64,000 bases of DNA, taken from the NCBI RefSeq assembly GCF_001194135.2, contig NC_068983.1, positions 24,230,802 through 24,294,801 on the forward strand, read 5' to 3'. The notes beneath the pieces are model-generated. The model made no database searches and was not told the origin of the DNA. It saw only the letters and a list, made by a program, of their open reading frames with translations. Source of the stretch: Octopus bimaculoides (taxonomy: Eukaryota). Position numbers and translations under genes: made by a program. This document shows positions 48,831 to 61,088 of the stretch, one piece after another. Each line of letters begins with the position of its first letter. The stretch's first letter is position 1.

Positions 48831-50009
48831 CTCTGCCCTTGTCATCTCATTTACATATACTTTAACATCTTTGTTTTACTCCAATAAAAGAAGTATAAGT
48901 TCCAATGAAAAGCTCACATCACCCTTACGATCCATGAAACACAGAGTATTATAACACTATGGTTGGAAACTCCTGCTCTACACTGTTGCATAATCTTTTA
49001 GAATTAACAACCAAATAATTCTTAAATCATATCTTGCCTTCTTAAAAACAAAATTTTGAAAAAAAGGCAAAGATCATCATAATCATTATCACCATATGTC
49101 TGATTTGATAATACTGCACATCACATTATAAAAGTTGCACACGAAAAGAATAATCCAGACTTACTTAAACATACCTTGAATTGCTATTATGATCATATGA
49201 AATCCTGCTATTATGATTGTATGAAAGTCCCTAATTTTAACAATAATCTTACTGCACATTGTACAACAGTGATAAAAATAAATGTTACACCAAAGCACAA
49301 ACATCTTACACATGTAATACACAGCATGGAAATAAGCAAAGCTGCCATTGTACTCCATATTGCCACAAAATAAACCACTAAGCATTACTATATGAAATGG
49401 ACAGTCTAAAAAAACACTCTACTAAAAACTAAATAACTTTGTATCACTCATAGTATTCATATTGCAATATGAAAAATGATGGGCTCTTTCAAATTCCTAA
49501 CTACACCATAATAAAACAGGGCAAGCTAACCATGGTATAGGCTCCTTATCTCAAATATAGATATTACAAAAAGCACTTAAACACTAACAGGATATGACAG
49601 CACACTTGAAATGCAAGCTTTTAAAATAAAAAAACTATGCTTACAAAATGTGTTAATATAATACACATACAGTTATCTACATCACCACTTTCTCCACCAC
49701 CAGGGCTTGTATTGCTGTTGCCATGACTGCTGCTACTACCAAATCCCATATGTAGCCCACCTTGCTATGTAACACAGCTTTCCAAAAATATATCCCCCGA
49801 AAATAAAACTCAGATTAAACAATTGAAATAGCTAATCTGAAGAAAAAAAAAGGAAAAGGAAAAAAGAATGAGAGAAAAGATATAAAAAAAGGGGTGCCAC
49901 AGGAGACATCCATAAATATGACATGCACAACAGATATAAAACGCACCAGTAGGCAACAAAACACAGAAGAAATAATAATAATAATAATAATGATAATAAT
50001 AATAATTTT

Positions 50010-50125
50010 TGCCATAAGGGCAGCAATTTGTGGGGAGGGGATGAGTTGATTACATCGACCCCAGTGTTCAACTGGTACTTAATTTATTAACCCTGAAAGG
50101 ATGAAAGGCAAAGTTAACCTTGGAA
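50010..50125 (-). mobile_element. SINE family B, 3' portion, flanked by (AAT)n
   Basis: CATCGACCCCAGTG...CTGGTACTTAATTTATT...GAAAGGCAAAGT. Confidence 0.85.
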
Positions 50126-50249
50126 TAAAAATAATAATAGTAGTAGTTGTAATAATAATAAAAATTGTTTCAAATTGTGACCATAAAGTTGACCATAGTA
50201 GTATTTCAAATTGAAACATTAAGATCTATATTATTATTGTTATTATTAG

Positions 50250-51045
50250 GCAGTGCTACTGGAAGTGGGGGGGGGGCGCTACTGGTTTGAGATAAACTCC
50301 ACAGCCATGGATGTGTTGTCAGATGGGCTTGTCCAAGATGTGCGTAGAGTGATGAAACTGTTCTGCATGCCCTTGTTCTGTGTCCAGGCATTGCTGACTT
50401 GTGGGGGTTATGTCAAACAGCGGCTTTCATGTGTGGAACAGATCCGCCTGTCGGCCGAGTCTGTAGTGATGATCACACTACCATCCCCCTTCAATTGGAC
50501 AGGTAAGGCAGTTTACCTTTGCCTGTTGGCTGTGGTGAAAGAGGTTGTTTGGTGGACAAGGCTGAAAGGTATGAGGACAGATACATTCCTCTTCGGTAGA
50601 ACTCTCGTTGACTTCTTCAAGTTTCACCTGAAAAGGAAACTGAGAATGGAGAGGGAAGTGCTGTCCTTGAGTAAGTTTATTGAAAGGTGAGTGAAAGTTG
50701 AAAAATGGCCAGAGTGGATGGTACCTCTCTAAGTATAGACCTGTGAGTCAGAGAGAAGGAACTGGAGAGGGCACTTGCTCTTGGAGTTTCAAGGAAATCT
50801 CGGACATTGGGGTTCCTCGATTATCCCTAAAGGCCTTCCTGTATCAGGAGGGCCACATCTCTATCATCCTCCCCGACCCCTTTTTTTTAACCTTTGTATG
50901 CTATGCATATGTCCCTTTTTTTCTGTGTATACTGTGTAAACTTTCTTCCTTTTTTTTTGTCATTTCATTATATATAAACCCCCACACTTTAAGTCTTTGT
51001 ATTGTCTCCCTCACCATTCACCCTTGTGGCAAATAAATAAAATCA
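50250..51045 (+). mobile_element. Tx1/L1-clade LINE 3' end (ORF2 C-terminus + 3' UTR + A-rich tail)
   Basis: CCHC-type CPRCA*SDETVLHALVLC, then IRLSAESVV...VYLCLLAVVKEVVWWTRLKG...FFKFHLKRKLRMERE; T-rich 3' UTR ending AAATAAATAAAA. Confidence 0.85.
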
Positions 51046-51074
51046 TTATTATTATTATTTTTATTAATATCATT

Positions 51075-51860
51075 AATGTGGCAAGCTGGCAGAATCTTAA
51101 CATGCCAGATGAAATGCTTAGCTGCATTTCATCTGTGTTCTGCATTCAAATTCTGCTGAGGTCAACTTTGCCTCAGGGCTCGATTGAATAAGTACTAATT
51201 GAGCACTGAGGTCAATGTAATTGACTAACCTCCTCCTCCAAACTTGTTAGCCTTGTGCCAAATTTTGAAACTATTATCATTGTTATTAATGTGGCAATCT
51301 GGCAGAATCGTTTGCACACTGGACAAAATGCTTAGTGGCATTCCGTCTATCTTTATGTTCTGAGTTCAAATTCCACCGGGGTTGATAAAATAAGTACCAG
51401 TTGAACATTGGGGTTGATGTAATTGACTTACCTGCTCCCCTAAATTTTCTGGCTTTATGCCAAAATTTGACACTAAGGATGTGCGCTAGCAGAATCATTA
51501 GCAAGCCAGGCAAAATGCTTAATAGCATTTCATCCATCTATACATTGAGTTCAAATTCCACTGGGGTCGACTTTGCCTTTCATCCAATTGAGATCGATAA
51601 AATAAGTACTAGTTGAGTGCTGGAGTTGATTTAATTGGCTAATATTATTATTATAATTATTAATAGTAATGGTTTCAAATTACGGCACAGGGCCAACAGT
51701 TTTTGAGGGAAGGGGACACCGATTACGTTGACTCTAGTACATCACTGGTACTTATTTTATCAGCCCTGGAAAGATGAAAGGCAAAGTTGACTTTAACAGA
51801 ATTTGAACTCAGAATATGAAAATGGATGAAATGCTGTAAAGCATTTTGTCTGGTATACTA
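51075..51860. mobile_element. Cluster of four family B SINEs (three +, one -) separated by (TAT)-rich spacers
   Basis: GGCAGAATC...GAGTTCAAATTC module at ~51085, ~51300, ~51490 (+) and ~51670-51860 (-). Confidence 0.88.
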
Positions 51861-51863
51861 TTT

Positions 51864-52266
51864 ACTCTTTTACTTGTTTCAGTCATTTGACTGTGACCAT
51901 GCTGGAGCACCGCCTTTAGTCGAATAAATCGACCCCAGGACTTATTCTTTGCAAGCCTAGTACTTATTCTATCGGTCTCTTTTGCCAAACTGCTAAGTTA
52001 CGGGGACATAAACCAGCATCGGTTGTCAAGCAATGCTAGGGAGACACACACAGATACACAAACACACACACACACATATATATTTATATACATACATAAA
52101 TACGATGGGCTTCTTTCAGTTTCCGTCTACCAAATCCACTCACAAGGCTTTGATTGGCCCAAGGCTATAGTAGAAGACACTTGCCCAAGATGCCATGCAG
52201 TGAGACTGAACCCAGAACCATGTGGTTGGTATGCAAGCTACTTACCACGCAGCCACTCCTGTGCCT
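51864..52266 (-). mobile_element. SINE family A, full length
   Basis: Consensus match. Confidence 0.93.
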
Positions 52267-53188
52267 AAGCTAATGATTTTGCTAGCTTGTCCCCTTATTA
52301 GTAATATTAATAATAACAGTAATAATAAACAAATGCTGGAAGATATTTGTATCCACCTTAAACAAATGAACAAGAAATAAAACAAAACCAAGAAGACAAT
52401 TTTAAAAACCCTCTAGCATGTAATTAGCAACAGTCAGTGACTCTAAGAACAAGCAACACCACAACACACATTGCCATAGCAACTTCAAGTAACATACCAA
52501 CACTACAATAGTAAGCAAACTCCCTTATCAGACACTTCACTGGAAACTGTTCACCCCACCACCCAACAAACTCCAAAATACACACCTTTATAAGTAGAGC
52601 AAGTAATTTATATGTGATGGCTTGGCTATTTTGTAATTTTGTTGTGATTTGTATTAAGGAGATTGGGATAACAGATAGAGCTGACATATAGTAAAAGTTA
52701 ATGTATCTTTATTCTTGATGTTGACTTCTTACAGGAAATGTCAGTACTGCTGCTGCTACTGATGATAATTGGATAACCTCAATCACTTTGAAAGGATCCT
52801 ACTGCTTTATGTATGTAAATATATGTATGAGTATATGTATGTGTGTGTATATGTATATTATATATACGTTCACCTAGCATTCATTGACTTAGAGAGCATC
52901 TTGCTCTGTAGTCCTGGTAATCATTAAGAAAATACAGTAAAAGCTAAGCAAATGATGTACAGGGATGCTGTCTGCTAGGTATCAATAAGTTCAGTGAGGA
53001 ATCTATCATGCAAGTAGCTGTCCTTCAGGGGCCAGTTCTAAGGTCTCTCCATATTACAATTAGCCAAACCGTAACAAAAGAGTTTAGGACTTGTTGTCTA
53101 TGCCAATGACCAAGTTATAACAATCTGTCAAAGAATTAAAGAAAAAATTCCTAATATGGAAGCAAAACCTAATCTGATGAGGCCTAAG

Positions 53189-53600
53189 CAGGGCCAGATT
53201 AAAATCCATCGAGGCTGTAAGCACTTAAAAGATTTTGGTGCCCCCATAAAAAATTAAAATATAAACAATAACATAAATAAATTTTTATTTTTCAAAAGAA
53301 AACAAAACAGTAAGAGGAAAAATAATGTTTATTTTTGTATACTTCCACTTTATTTATATTTAAAAAGTTTCCTCCTACTTTTTTGGAATTGCAAAGTCTT
53401 TGACCAGATCCTCAAAATTAATCTTAGGTAATACATCTGCATCTATATTTAGTAGAGATAAAGGAATCTAGAATATTGTCTTAGTAAGTTTTAAGTGATT
53501 TCTTTTGTGCTGTAAACCATTTACCATTTCTGTGGTGCCCCCTTCTTCCCTTGATGCCCTAAGCATGTGCTTATTTTGCTTAATGGGTAATCCAGCACTA
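53189..53600. mobile_element. hAT MITE (412 bp) with perfect 8-bp TSD
   Basis: TSD GGCCTAAG at 53181-53188 and 53601-53608; TIRs CAGGGCCAGATT / AATCCAGCACTA. Confidence 0.9.
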
Positions 53601-53639
53601 GGCCTAAGTTAACCTAGGAAAATCAAAAGTTTTAGTTTG

Positions 53640-54400
53640 CATGTAAGTAGGCAGGACAGTATTGTCATCGTGGGAATGGCTATATTTGATATGCAGAAAA
53701 GAAGTAGGTAGGAATTCTGTATCAAATGTAAAGTGGGAGCTCTTCAGATGCCGTGAGGTCACAAATGGGTTGCTAGAAAAGATAGGTTTCATATGTAGCA
53801 GACATACAGGAGTAGCTACTAGTAGGAGTACATATGAAAGAAATTCTTTCAAAAGGTTGAAAGGTTCCTTAGAAGTAGTTGATAACTTTTGTCATGTAGG
53901 TGATCTAATAAACACGAGAAGTGGCTGTTCAAAAAGCATAGTGGCCTGAGTAAGGATGAAATGGCAAAAGTCCAGAGAGCTGTTACTGCTGCTGGTAATA
54001 AAGGGCTTGTCCCACAGAATAAAGGGCAGATTGTATGATGTTTGTGCATGATGTGTTATGTTGCATGGTAGTAAACCATGCGAGTTGAATGTGCCGGGTG
54101 TGTGGAAGCTGGGGAAGGACTGAGGTAAGTATGGTCTTCTGTGTGCATAATCAAGAGAATACTAATGTACTTAGGGGAAAACTGGTTTTAAGAGGGATCA
54201 GATGTAGTGAACCAAGAGATATGACCAAACTGTAATGGATATGTGATGCATTTGGAGGATGTAAGCTGGGTAGAGAAATACCCAGTAATCCAAGCAGAAG
54301 CAATCTGTAGAAGAATGCCTAGGTGGATTTGGGAAGAAATGGCAGGGAGATGATGGAGGTGTAGAGTTAATGGCAAAATGCCGTGCTGGAGAAGAATTAT
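53640..54400 (+). mobile_element. RTE-clade LINE ORF relic (RT C-terminal region)
   Basis: ...LICRKEVGRNSV...FICSRHTG...GSLEVVDNFCHVGDLINTRSGCSKSIVA*VRMKWQKSRELL...KGRLYDVCA*CVMLHGS... then GYVMHLEDVSWVEKY...RRMPRWIWEEM. Confidence 0.85.
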
Positions 54401-54770
54401 ACAACTATGGCAAAATGAAAGTAAAATTATAAGGATAATGTACTTTTACACAAATAGTACTTATACACAAAACTACCAAGCAAAAAGAAAAATTAAGCAT
54501 ACTCATAATTAAAATAGAATTTAGAACATTTTTTAGAATATTTTTCTTCTCACATATTCTTAATCTAAATGGCTGAAATACAATGACTGTTTGAGAGGTC
54601 AATGTAGTTGAGGAACATTTCATCGATTTGTGTGATTTATTTGAATAGTTGATGAAACCTGTTATTTATGGAAATATCAAGTAGCCACGTGTCATTATGT
54701 GGGAAGTTGACAGTACACATGCTGTTTTCAACAAATGTTTCTGTATGTTCTTGGTACCAGCAAGCAATAG

Positions 54771-54853
54771 TTATGGGAAAGATGCATGGCGAAATAAGGC
54801 TTGAAGTCTCAAATTATGTGTTCTGCCACAACCTGATATCAATGCTTGGTCAC
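54771..54853 (-). CDS. Candidate terminal exon (G)DQALISGCGRTHNLRLQALFRHASFP*
   Basis: Acceptor ttacatttgaatttctttctaag; phase-1 frame open for 27 codons to TAA; no homology recognised. Confidence 0.22.
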
Positions 54854-55454
54854 CTTAGAAAGAAATTCAAATGTAAATTACTGAAATTGAAAGCAATTTG
54901 CTTCTAGTTTTTCACAAATGGCAGTTGTTGCTGAATGAGATAAAATGGTTGTTATTTGGTATTAGAAGCAGAAATGATATTACGAGAAAGAGATTTCGTA
55001 CTGTATGGTCTGATCAGAGGTAGCCCATAATAAGAATGGAAAGGAATTTGATCAGATCGGCTCTAATAATGCTAATCTCTATTGTTAACATAGAAGCATG
55101 AATGTAATGATGATGTTAAGCTGACCTACACATTTAATCTAAGTAAGATTGTTAAACTGTTACTGGTATTTTCTTCATTTTCTTCAGCATAAGCTATTGT
55201 GTAATACAGTTATATTGATAACTATTATTCTGTAAGATGCTCTGAGATAATTAGAATAAGATACCTGACTTGAGAATATAATATAGCATGAGCTCAACAA
55301 AGGGGATAGTAATATGTGAGATATTTTCTGTATATTGTTTAGATGAATAGTATATCTCTTGGTGTTTAGACTATTTAGATTCAAGGACATTACATATATA
55401 TACGTACATGTAAATATATATATACACTGATATGCACACACATTCATGTGCAGA

Positions 55455-55456
<2 letters not shown>

Positions 55457-55493
<37 letters not shown>

Positions 55494-55548
55494 ATATGTA
55501 TATATATATGTATGTATATATATATATGTATGTATATATATATGTATG

Positions 55549-55581
<33 letters not shown>

Positions 55582-55615
55582 GTATGTATATATATATATA
55601 TATATATGTATATAT
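55457..55615. repeat. (TCTA)n / (TA)n / (TATG)n compound microsatellite
   Basis: Directly visible. Confidence 0.95.
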
Positions 55616-58054
55616 NNNNNNNNNNTGTGTAATACAGTTATATTGATAACTATTATTCTGTAAGATGCTCTGAGATAATTAGAATAAGATACCTGACTTG
55701 AGAATATAATATAGCATGAGCTCAACAAAGGGGATAGTAATATGTGAGATATTTTCTGTATATTGTTTAGATGAATAGTATATCTCTTGGTGTTTAGACT
55801 ATTTAGATTCAAGGACATTACATATATATACGTACATGTAAATATATATATACATCATAATTGGCCCAAAATGTTAAAATGAATATGGAAATATGAACTA
55901 ATAGTCAAGTTTAAACTTGTTAATGCTTATAGTATTGATTCACTATCTAGTAACAAGATCCTAACAAACACCTTCCTTCCATTCTGTGAATGAATAAAAC
56001 ATCAGTTTCTTCTACTTCTCATTGTGTATTTTTATCATTCAAGAAACTGTTGAATACAAAATTAGTTCTGACATTATCTAATTAAATATTTGTAGCAGTT
56101 GTACTGGCAGTGTGATTGGTATGCTGGATTGCTTGACATTGAATGTGGCCCTTAGGCTGAGGTATATTTCTTTCTTCGATGACGCGTTCCTACCTAACTT
56201 TTATTTCATGCATGATGTATCACCATCAGGAAGAATCACCCAACTGCGAAAACACGTGCTACAGTAGTTTACGTAGATTTTTTTTGTGGAAGTGGTGAAA
56301 TATTGAAGTAAAAAAATACGAAAAAGAAAAAAAATATAAAAATTTAAAGCGCATGCATTTGTGCACGTGTGTGTGTGTGAAAAAAATAGTAATTAGTGTC
56401 TGTAAAATATTTTGTTGAATACGAATATAAAATATTACATAATACATAGTGTTTCCTCTGATTACATCCGTTGGCATACTTGAGAAATAGTAATCATGAT
56501 GTTGCTATCATTAATTACATGTAAGTGATCAATTCATATCAATCAGTTGAATTTTTACACTTATTTTTCTATGACGAGCTTTCCTGCAATTTTCCTCATT
56601 GACTTCTAAATCTTTCATTATAATTTTAGCTACCTCATTCTTTTATTTTCCATGTTTAACATTGTCGCCATTCCTCATCAATATAAGGCTACTACCAACT
56701 CTTTCTTTATCATTCATTTTTCATTATGTTCCAAACTTTATTGTCTAATATTCATTGTAGTTTAAAACTCGCTGTCAGTTTACAATACATTTCCATCCAC
56801 TCTTTATCTTTGGTTTTATCACATGTCCGTTATCACCCGATTCTCTGCTCTTTCAAAATATCCCTTATACTTTGTTCTCTTCTTCCGTCTTCCTTAACCT
56901 TCCCTAGCCTAATTTTATGATTGAAAAGTTTCTGCTATAAATATTTATACATGCATTTTTATTCCTTGTTGAAAGCAAGCAATTTCATGGCTGCATAGCA
57001 TTTCTAAAGATGCCAATTCTAAAGATGTGAAGTGAGACTTATTTGTTGCTAGATTGACTGAAGTTAAAGCAGAAATAAGGCTTTGCTGAAATGCATGATT
57101 TGAACTCCAAACTTCTGGATCAGTTAGCATTTTCATTTGACATTTATTTATAAAATCCTATGAACTCTGAAGACTGATATATTTAGTATATGGATATCAT
57201 ATCTAATTATACATGCTTATACATTTTTTCATTGGTTTCATTAGTATTGCTGTTTTATCATTGTGCTTCGTTTTTCTAATGACAGCTGATAAAACAGGTG
57301 GCTTTTGTTTTTTACTACTTTCACTTAGAATTAGGATTTATTCAACTACATCAATGATAATTTTACATGGATTTGATGCTGCTTTATTTGCTGGAGTAAC
57401 CCTATCAAATATCTGAACAATCCTAAATAGCCTATATTTATATAGTATAATGTGTGTCGTGGAAGCAATGTAACATTCATTTTATTGCATGTAACAAAAC
57501 ATAAAATGTAATTTCTCTCACAGGCATTTTCAGTTTCATTTTACCATCTCTTGTCTATAATTCATTACTAGAATAAAGCCAAAGAGTGAAAAGCAAATGA
57601 TAAACCATGAGTTTAATACAAATTGCCAACCATCACATTTAGATGCTCTGTTCAAAAGATAGTTAATAACAATTATTTCTAAAAGCAAATCTTTATAGAA
57701 AATAATTCAAACGCTCATGTGAAAAACTTAATAATTAGAATAGAATTATTAAAAATATTTTTTATTGTTGTTGTTATTATTCTACTTTTATTATTATATT
57801 TATACAATGATCTCAGGCAAATGTTCTCTTGAAATAAAACCTCTAATGTTGCTTTTGTTTTGATAATCATGAAATGTGCTCAATGAATGATGCCAGATAA
57901 TGAACTTTTCATATACATTTAGACCCGGTGATCTTTTGTGTATTACAAGCATTGTTGGATCTTTTTTTTCCTGTATGTCATATGAGAAACATTTTGTTTG
58001 TTTTATCATACAAAGCTAAAAGCCAGAACATATTTATATGTGTGTGTGTGTGTG

Positions 58055-58095
<41 letters not shown>

Positions 58096-58116
58096 NNNNN
58101 NNNNNACACACACACG

Positions 58117-58147
<31 letters not shown>

Positions 58148-59735
58148 TTATCTGTAAGTATATATATATTCTGGCTTTGTTACTTTATCATTTCACCAAT
58201 GGAACTGGAAAAGACCCTAACCTCCTTATTGATGGGATTAACTTCATGTTAGAAACTTAATTCCATTGACTATGAAGTGGTATTGAATGTAGATTTCCTA
58301 CTGCAAAATTCAACATTCTATATACACAGTTACATTTATTGATACCCTGCAAAAGTTAACTACCCCTATACAGCAAAAACGGAAAGAAAAAAAAAGAAAA
58401 GAAAAGAAGGAAAGAAAAGAAATTAAATATCTACTTCTACAAAAGGGTTTTTATCGATATAAAGACTAGATTGCATTGAATGGTTGTTACTGAGGTTTGG
58501 AAGGTGTGTGACTCTGCTCTCAATACAAGTGAATGAAATATATTAAATGTGCTTCATGGTTTAAAGAAATTAAGGCAGCACTTTAGGGAGGAAGTGAAAG
58601 GATTCAAATATGGCTTTAAAAAAAAATCAATTTTACCATTATTTATCATTTTTTTTTGTAGTTTTGTTAAAGAACAATCACTAGGTCTATCTTGTTTCTG
58701 AACCATTAGAGTATATTTTTTCATTTAAAATCAGTCAGATGTGAATACCTCTTGTCATATTTTTTTAAAATCTGTGATTAGTACCCAAATTTAAGATGCT
58801 GGTCTTCCTATTTAAAGCAAGTTAATGTTTTACATTACCAGTATCATCTTACTGTTTACAATTTACAGGTCAGATCGTGAAAAGTGGTACTTCGTAAAAC
58901 TGCCTGCAGATATTAAAGTTCAGACAAAAGCAACTTGTATCTAGGAATCAACTAAATCTTCATTATATCTGAACTATTTTTGTAGTCAAGTATTTTTTTT
59001 ACTTCTTCTCTAGCTATTAATATGGCAGCTAGAGAAAAAGAAAAAAAAAAGATCTGTTCATTCTCACTAACTCTCACGTGTAAAGTGCCTACAGCTTGAA
59101 TCTCACTTAAAAATGTTTTTGCCATACCTAGAAGCTGTCAGGAATTTTCCATCATTTCCTGAAACTGGGTTTGAGCTGTTTATTTCTGATTTTTAAGTAT
59201 ATTTAATATTAGTATTATCATCATTATTGTTATTATTATTATTATTATTGATAATTCCAATGAAATATTTCTTCTGTTCCAATGGTAATAATTTATCATA
59301 CATGCTGCTATTTAATTAAGTGCATGGGATTGGTATGTTTTGGTTATTTAATTGTATACCTAATTATAGAATGTCAACGCTCAATGATCTCAGAAACTGG
59401 ATGTGTAAGAAAACAAAACAAAAACAAAAAAAAATCAGAAAACAAAAAAAAAAAATTCAAAACAAAACAAAAATAAAAACAAAAATCAGTTTCATCAAAG
59501 TATCTATGATATAGAGATTCTGAATATTCTTCAGTCTACAAACTTGATTTAAATTAAGATGGAGTAAATAAACATGTAACAATTTATTTCTATTTTTATT
59601 ACCAAATTTGTATTTGTGATAATGATCAATTCCAACAAGGAACTGGTCTGAATTTTATAACTAGTGAGATTTACTTGGTTAGTTTATCTCCAGTGTTTTC
59701 TTTGGTGTGGAGTTCATACTAGGACTATACTCTCT

Positions 59736-60236
59736 CATTTACTCTTTTACTTGTTTCAGTCATTTGACTGCAGCCATGCTGGAGCACTGCCTTTACTCGA
59801 GCAAATCGACCCCAGGACTTATTCTTTGTAAGCCTAGTACTTATTATATCGGTCNNNNNNNNNNATTCTTTGTAAGCCTAGTACTTATTCTATCGGTCTC
59901 TTTTGCTGAACCACTAAGTTACGGGGACGTAAACTCACCAGCATCAGTTGTCAAGTGATGTTGTGGGGACAAATTCAGACACACAAACACACACACACAC
60001 ACATATATATGTATATACATATACATATATACGACGGGCTTCTTTCAATTTCCGTCTACCAAATCCACTCAAAAGGCTTTGGTTGGCCCGAGGCTATAAT
60101 AGAAGACNNNNNNNNNNTTTGGTTGGCCCGAGGCTATAATAGAAGACACTTGCCCAAGGTGCCACGCAGTGGGACTGAACCTGGAACCATGTGGTTGGTA
60201 AGCGAGCTACTTACGACACAGCCACTCCTGCGCCTA
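59736..60236 (-). mobile_element. SINE family A, young (two 10-N gaps with duplicated flanks)
   Basis: Consensus match with most CpGs retained. Confidence 0.93.
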
Positions 60237-60299
60237 TATAGAAGTATGTAGAAGTAGCTTGAAGATCATCTTTGATGGTACATATACCAGGCTTCTCAT

Positions 60300-60540
60300 G
60301 AGGATTTGAAACATCTCATGGCATGAGCATAAGATGAAAGAGGAGATTTATAGACATATTCAACCCATCTCTCATAATGTTGCTCAAGGCTGGGTAGACT
60401 TTACGGGGTACTGGTGTCATGATGAACACCAGGTCATATCAGATTTTATGTTTTGGAATCATCTACATCCTAATAGAGGACAAAGGCCTCTCACGTGATT
60501 AGCAGAAATATGCAACATGATATTGAATTGAAGACCTACC
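60300..60540 (+). mobile_element. RTE-X-like LINE relic
   Basis: WHEHKMKEEIYRHIQPISHNVAQGWVDFTGYWCHDEHQVISDFMFWNHLHPNRGQRPLT* resembles SWxxHxTxxEIYGxLPPIS...RRxxFAGHC...ISDLLLW...RGRRPLT. Confidence 0.65.
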
Positions 60541-60611
60541 AAAGATTAAAAATTCAAAAACAATGTGCATGTGTGAAAAATTTTAAATAGTGACAATTTA
60601 CCCATCACACC

Positions 60612-60677
<66 letters not shown>

Positions 60678-60719
60678 TTATAACAGGCTTCTTTCAGTTT
60701 CTGTCTCACAATTCCACTC

Positions 60720-61088
60720 AAATGTTGAGCCTCACAGAAGCAAAGTGACTGATGCCGGTGGCACGTAAAAGGCATCTTCCGAGTGTTGGGTCTCAGAGGC
60801 AGTGACAAACGACCAAGATCTTTGACATTATGCCATGCTTGAGAAGACCCATCAAGCCAAGTGAAATCAAAGCCATGACAAATATTGGTGTTATGCAAAT
60901 GGCACCCATGCCAGTGGCACATAAAAACACCCATTACACTCTTGGAGTGGTAGGCATTAGGAAGGGCAACCAGCTGTAGAAACCATGCCAAATTAGACCA
61001 GAGTCTGGTACAGTCTTCCAGCTTACCAGCCCTGGTCAAACTGTCCAACCCATGCCAACATGGACAATGGACATTAAATGATGATATT
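60720..61088 (+). mobile_element. RTE-type LINE 3' end
   Basis: EAVTNDQDL*HYAMLEKTHQAK* followed by the family C UTR and a GATGAT tail. Confidence 0.85.

Noticed and set aside
55195-55856. Apparent 235-bp direct duplication around a microsatellite
   Set aside because: Copies look identical and the second starts right after a 10-N gap. This is typical of contig overlap or two haplotypes; long reads are needed before treating it as real.
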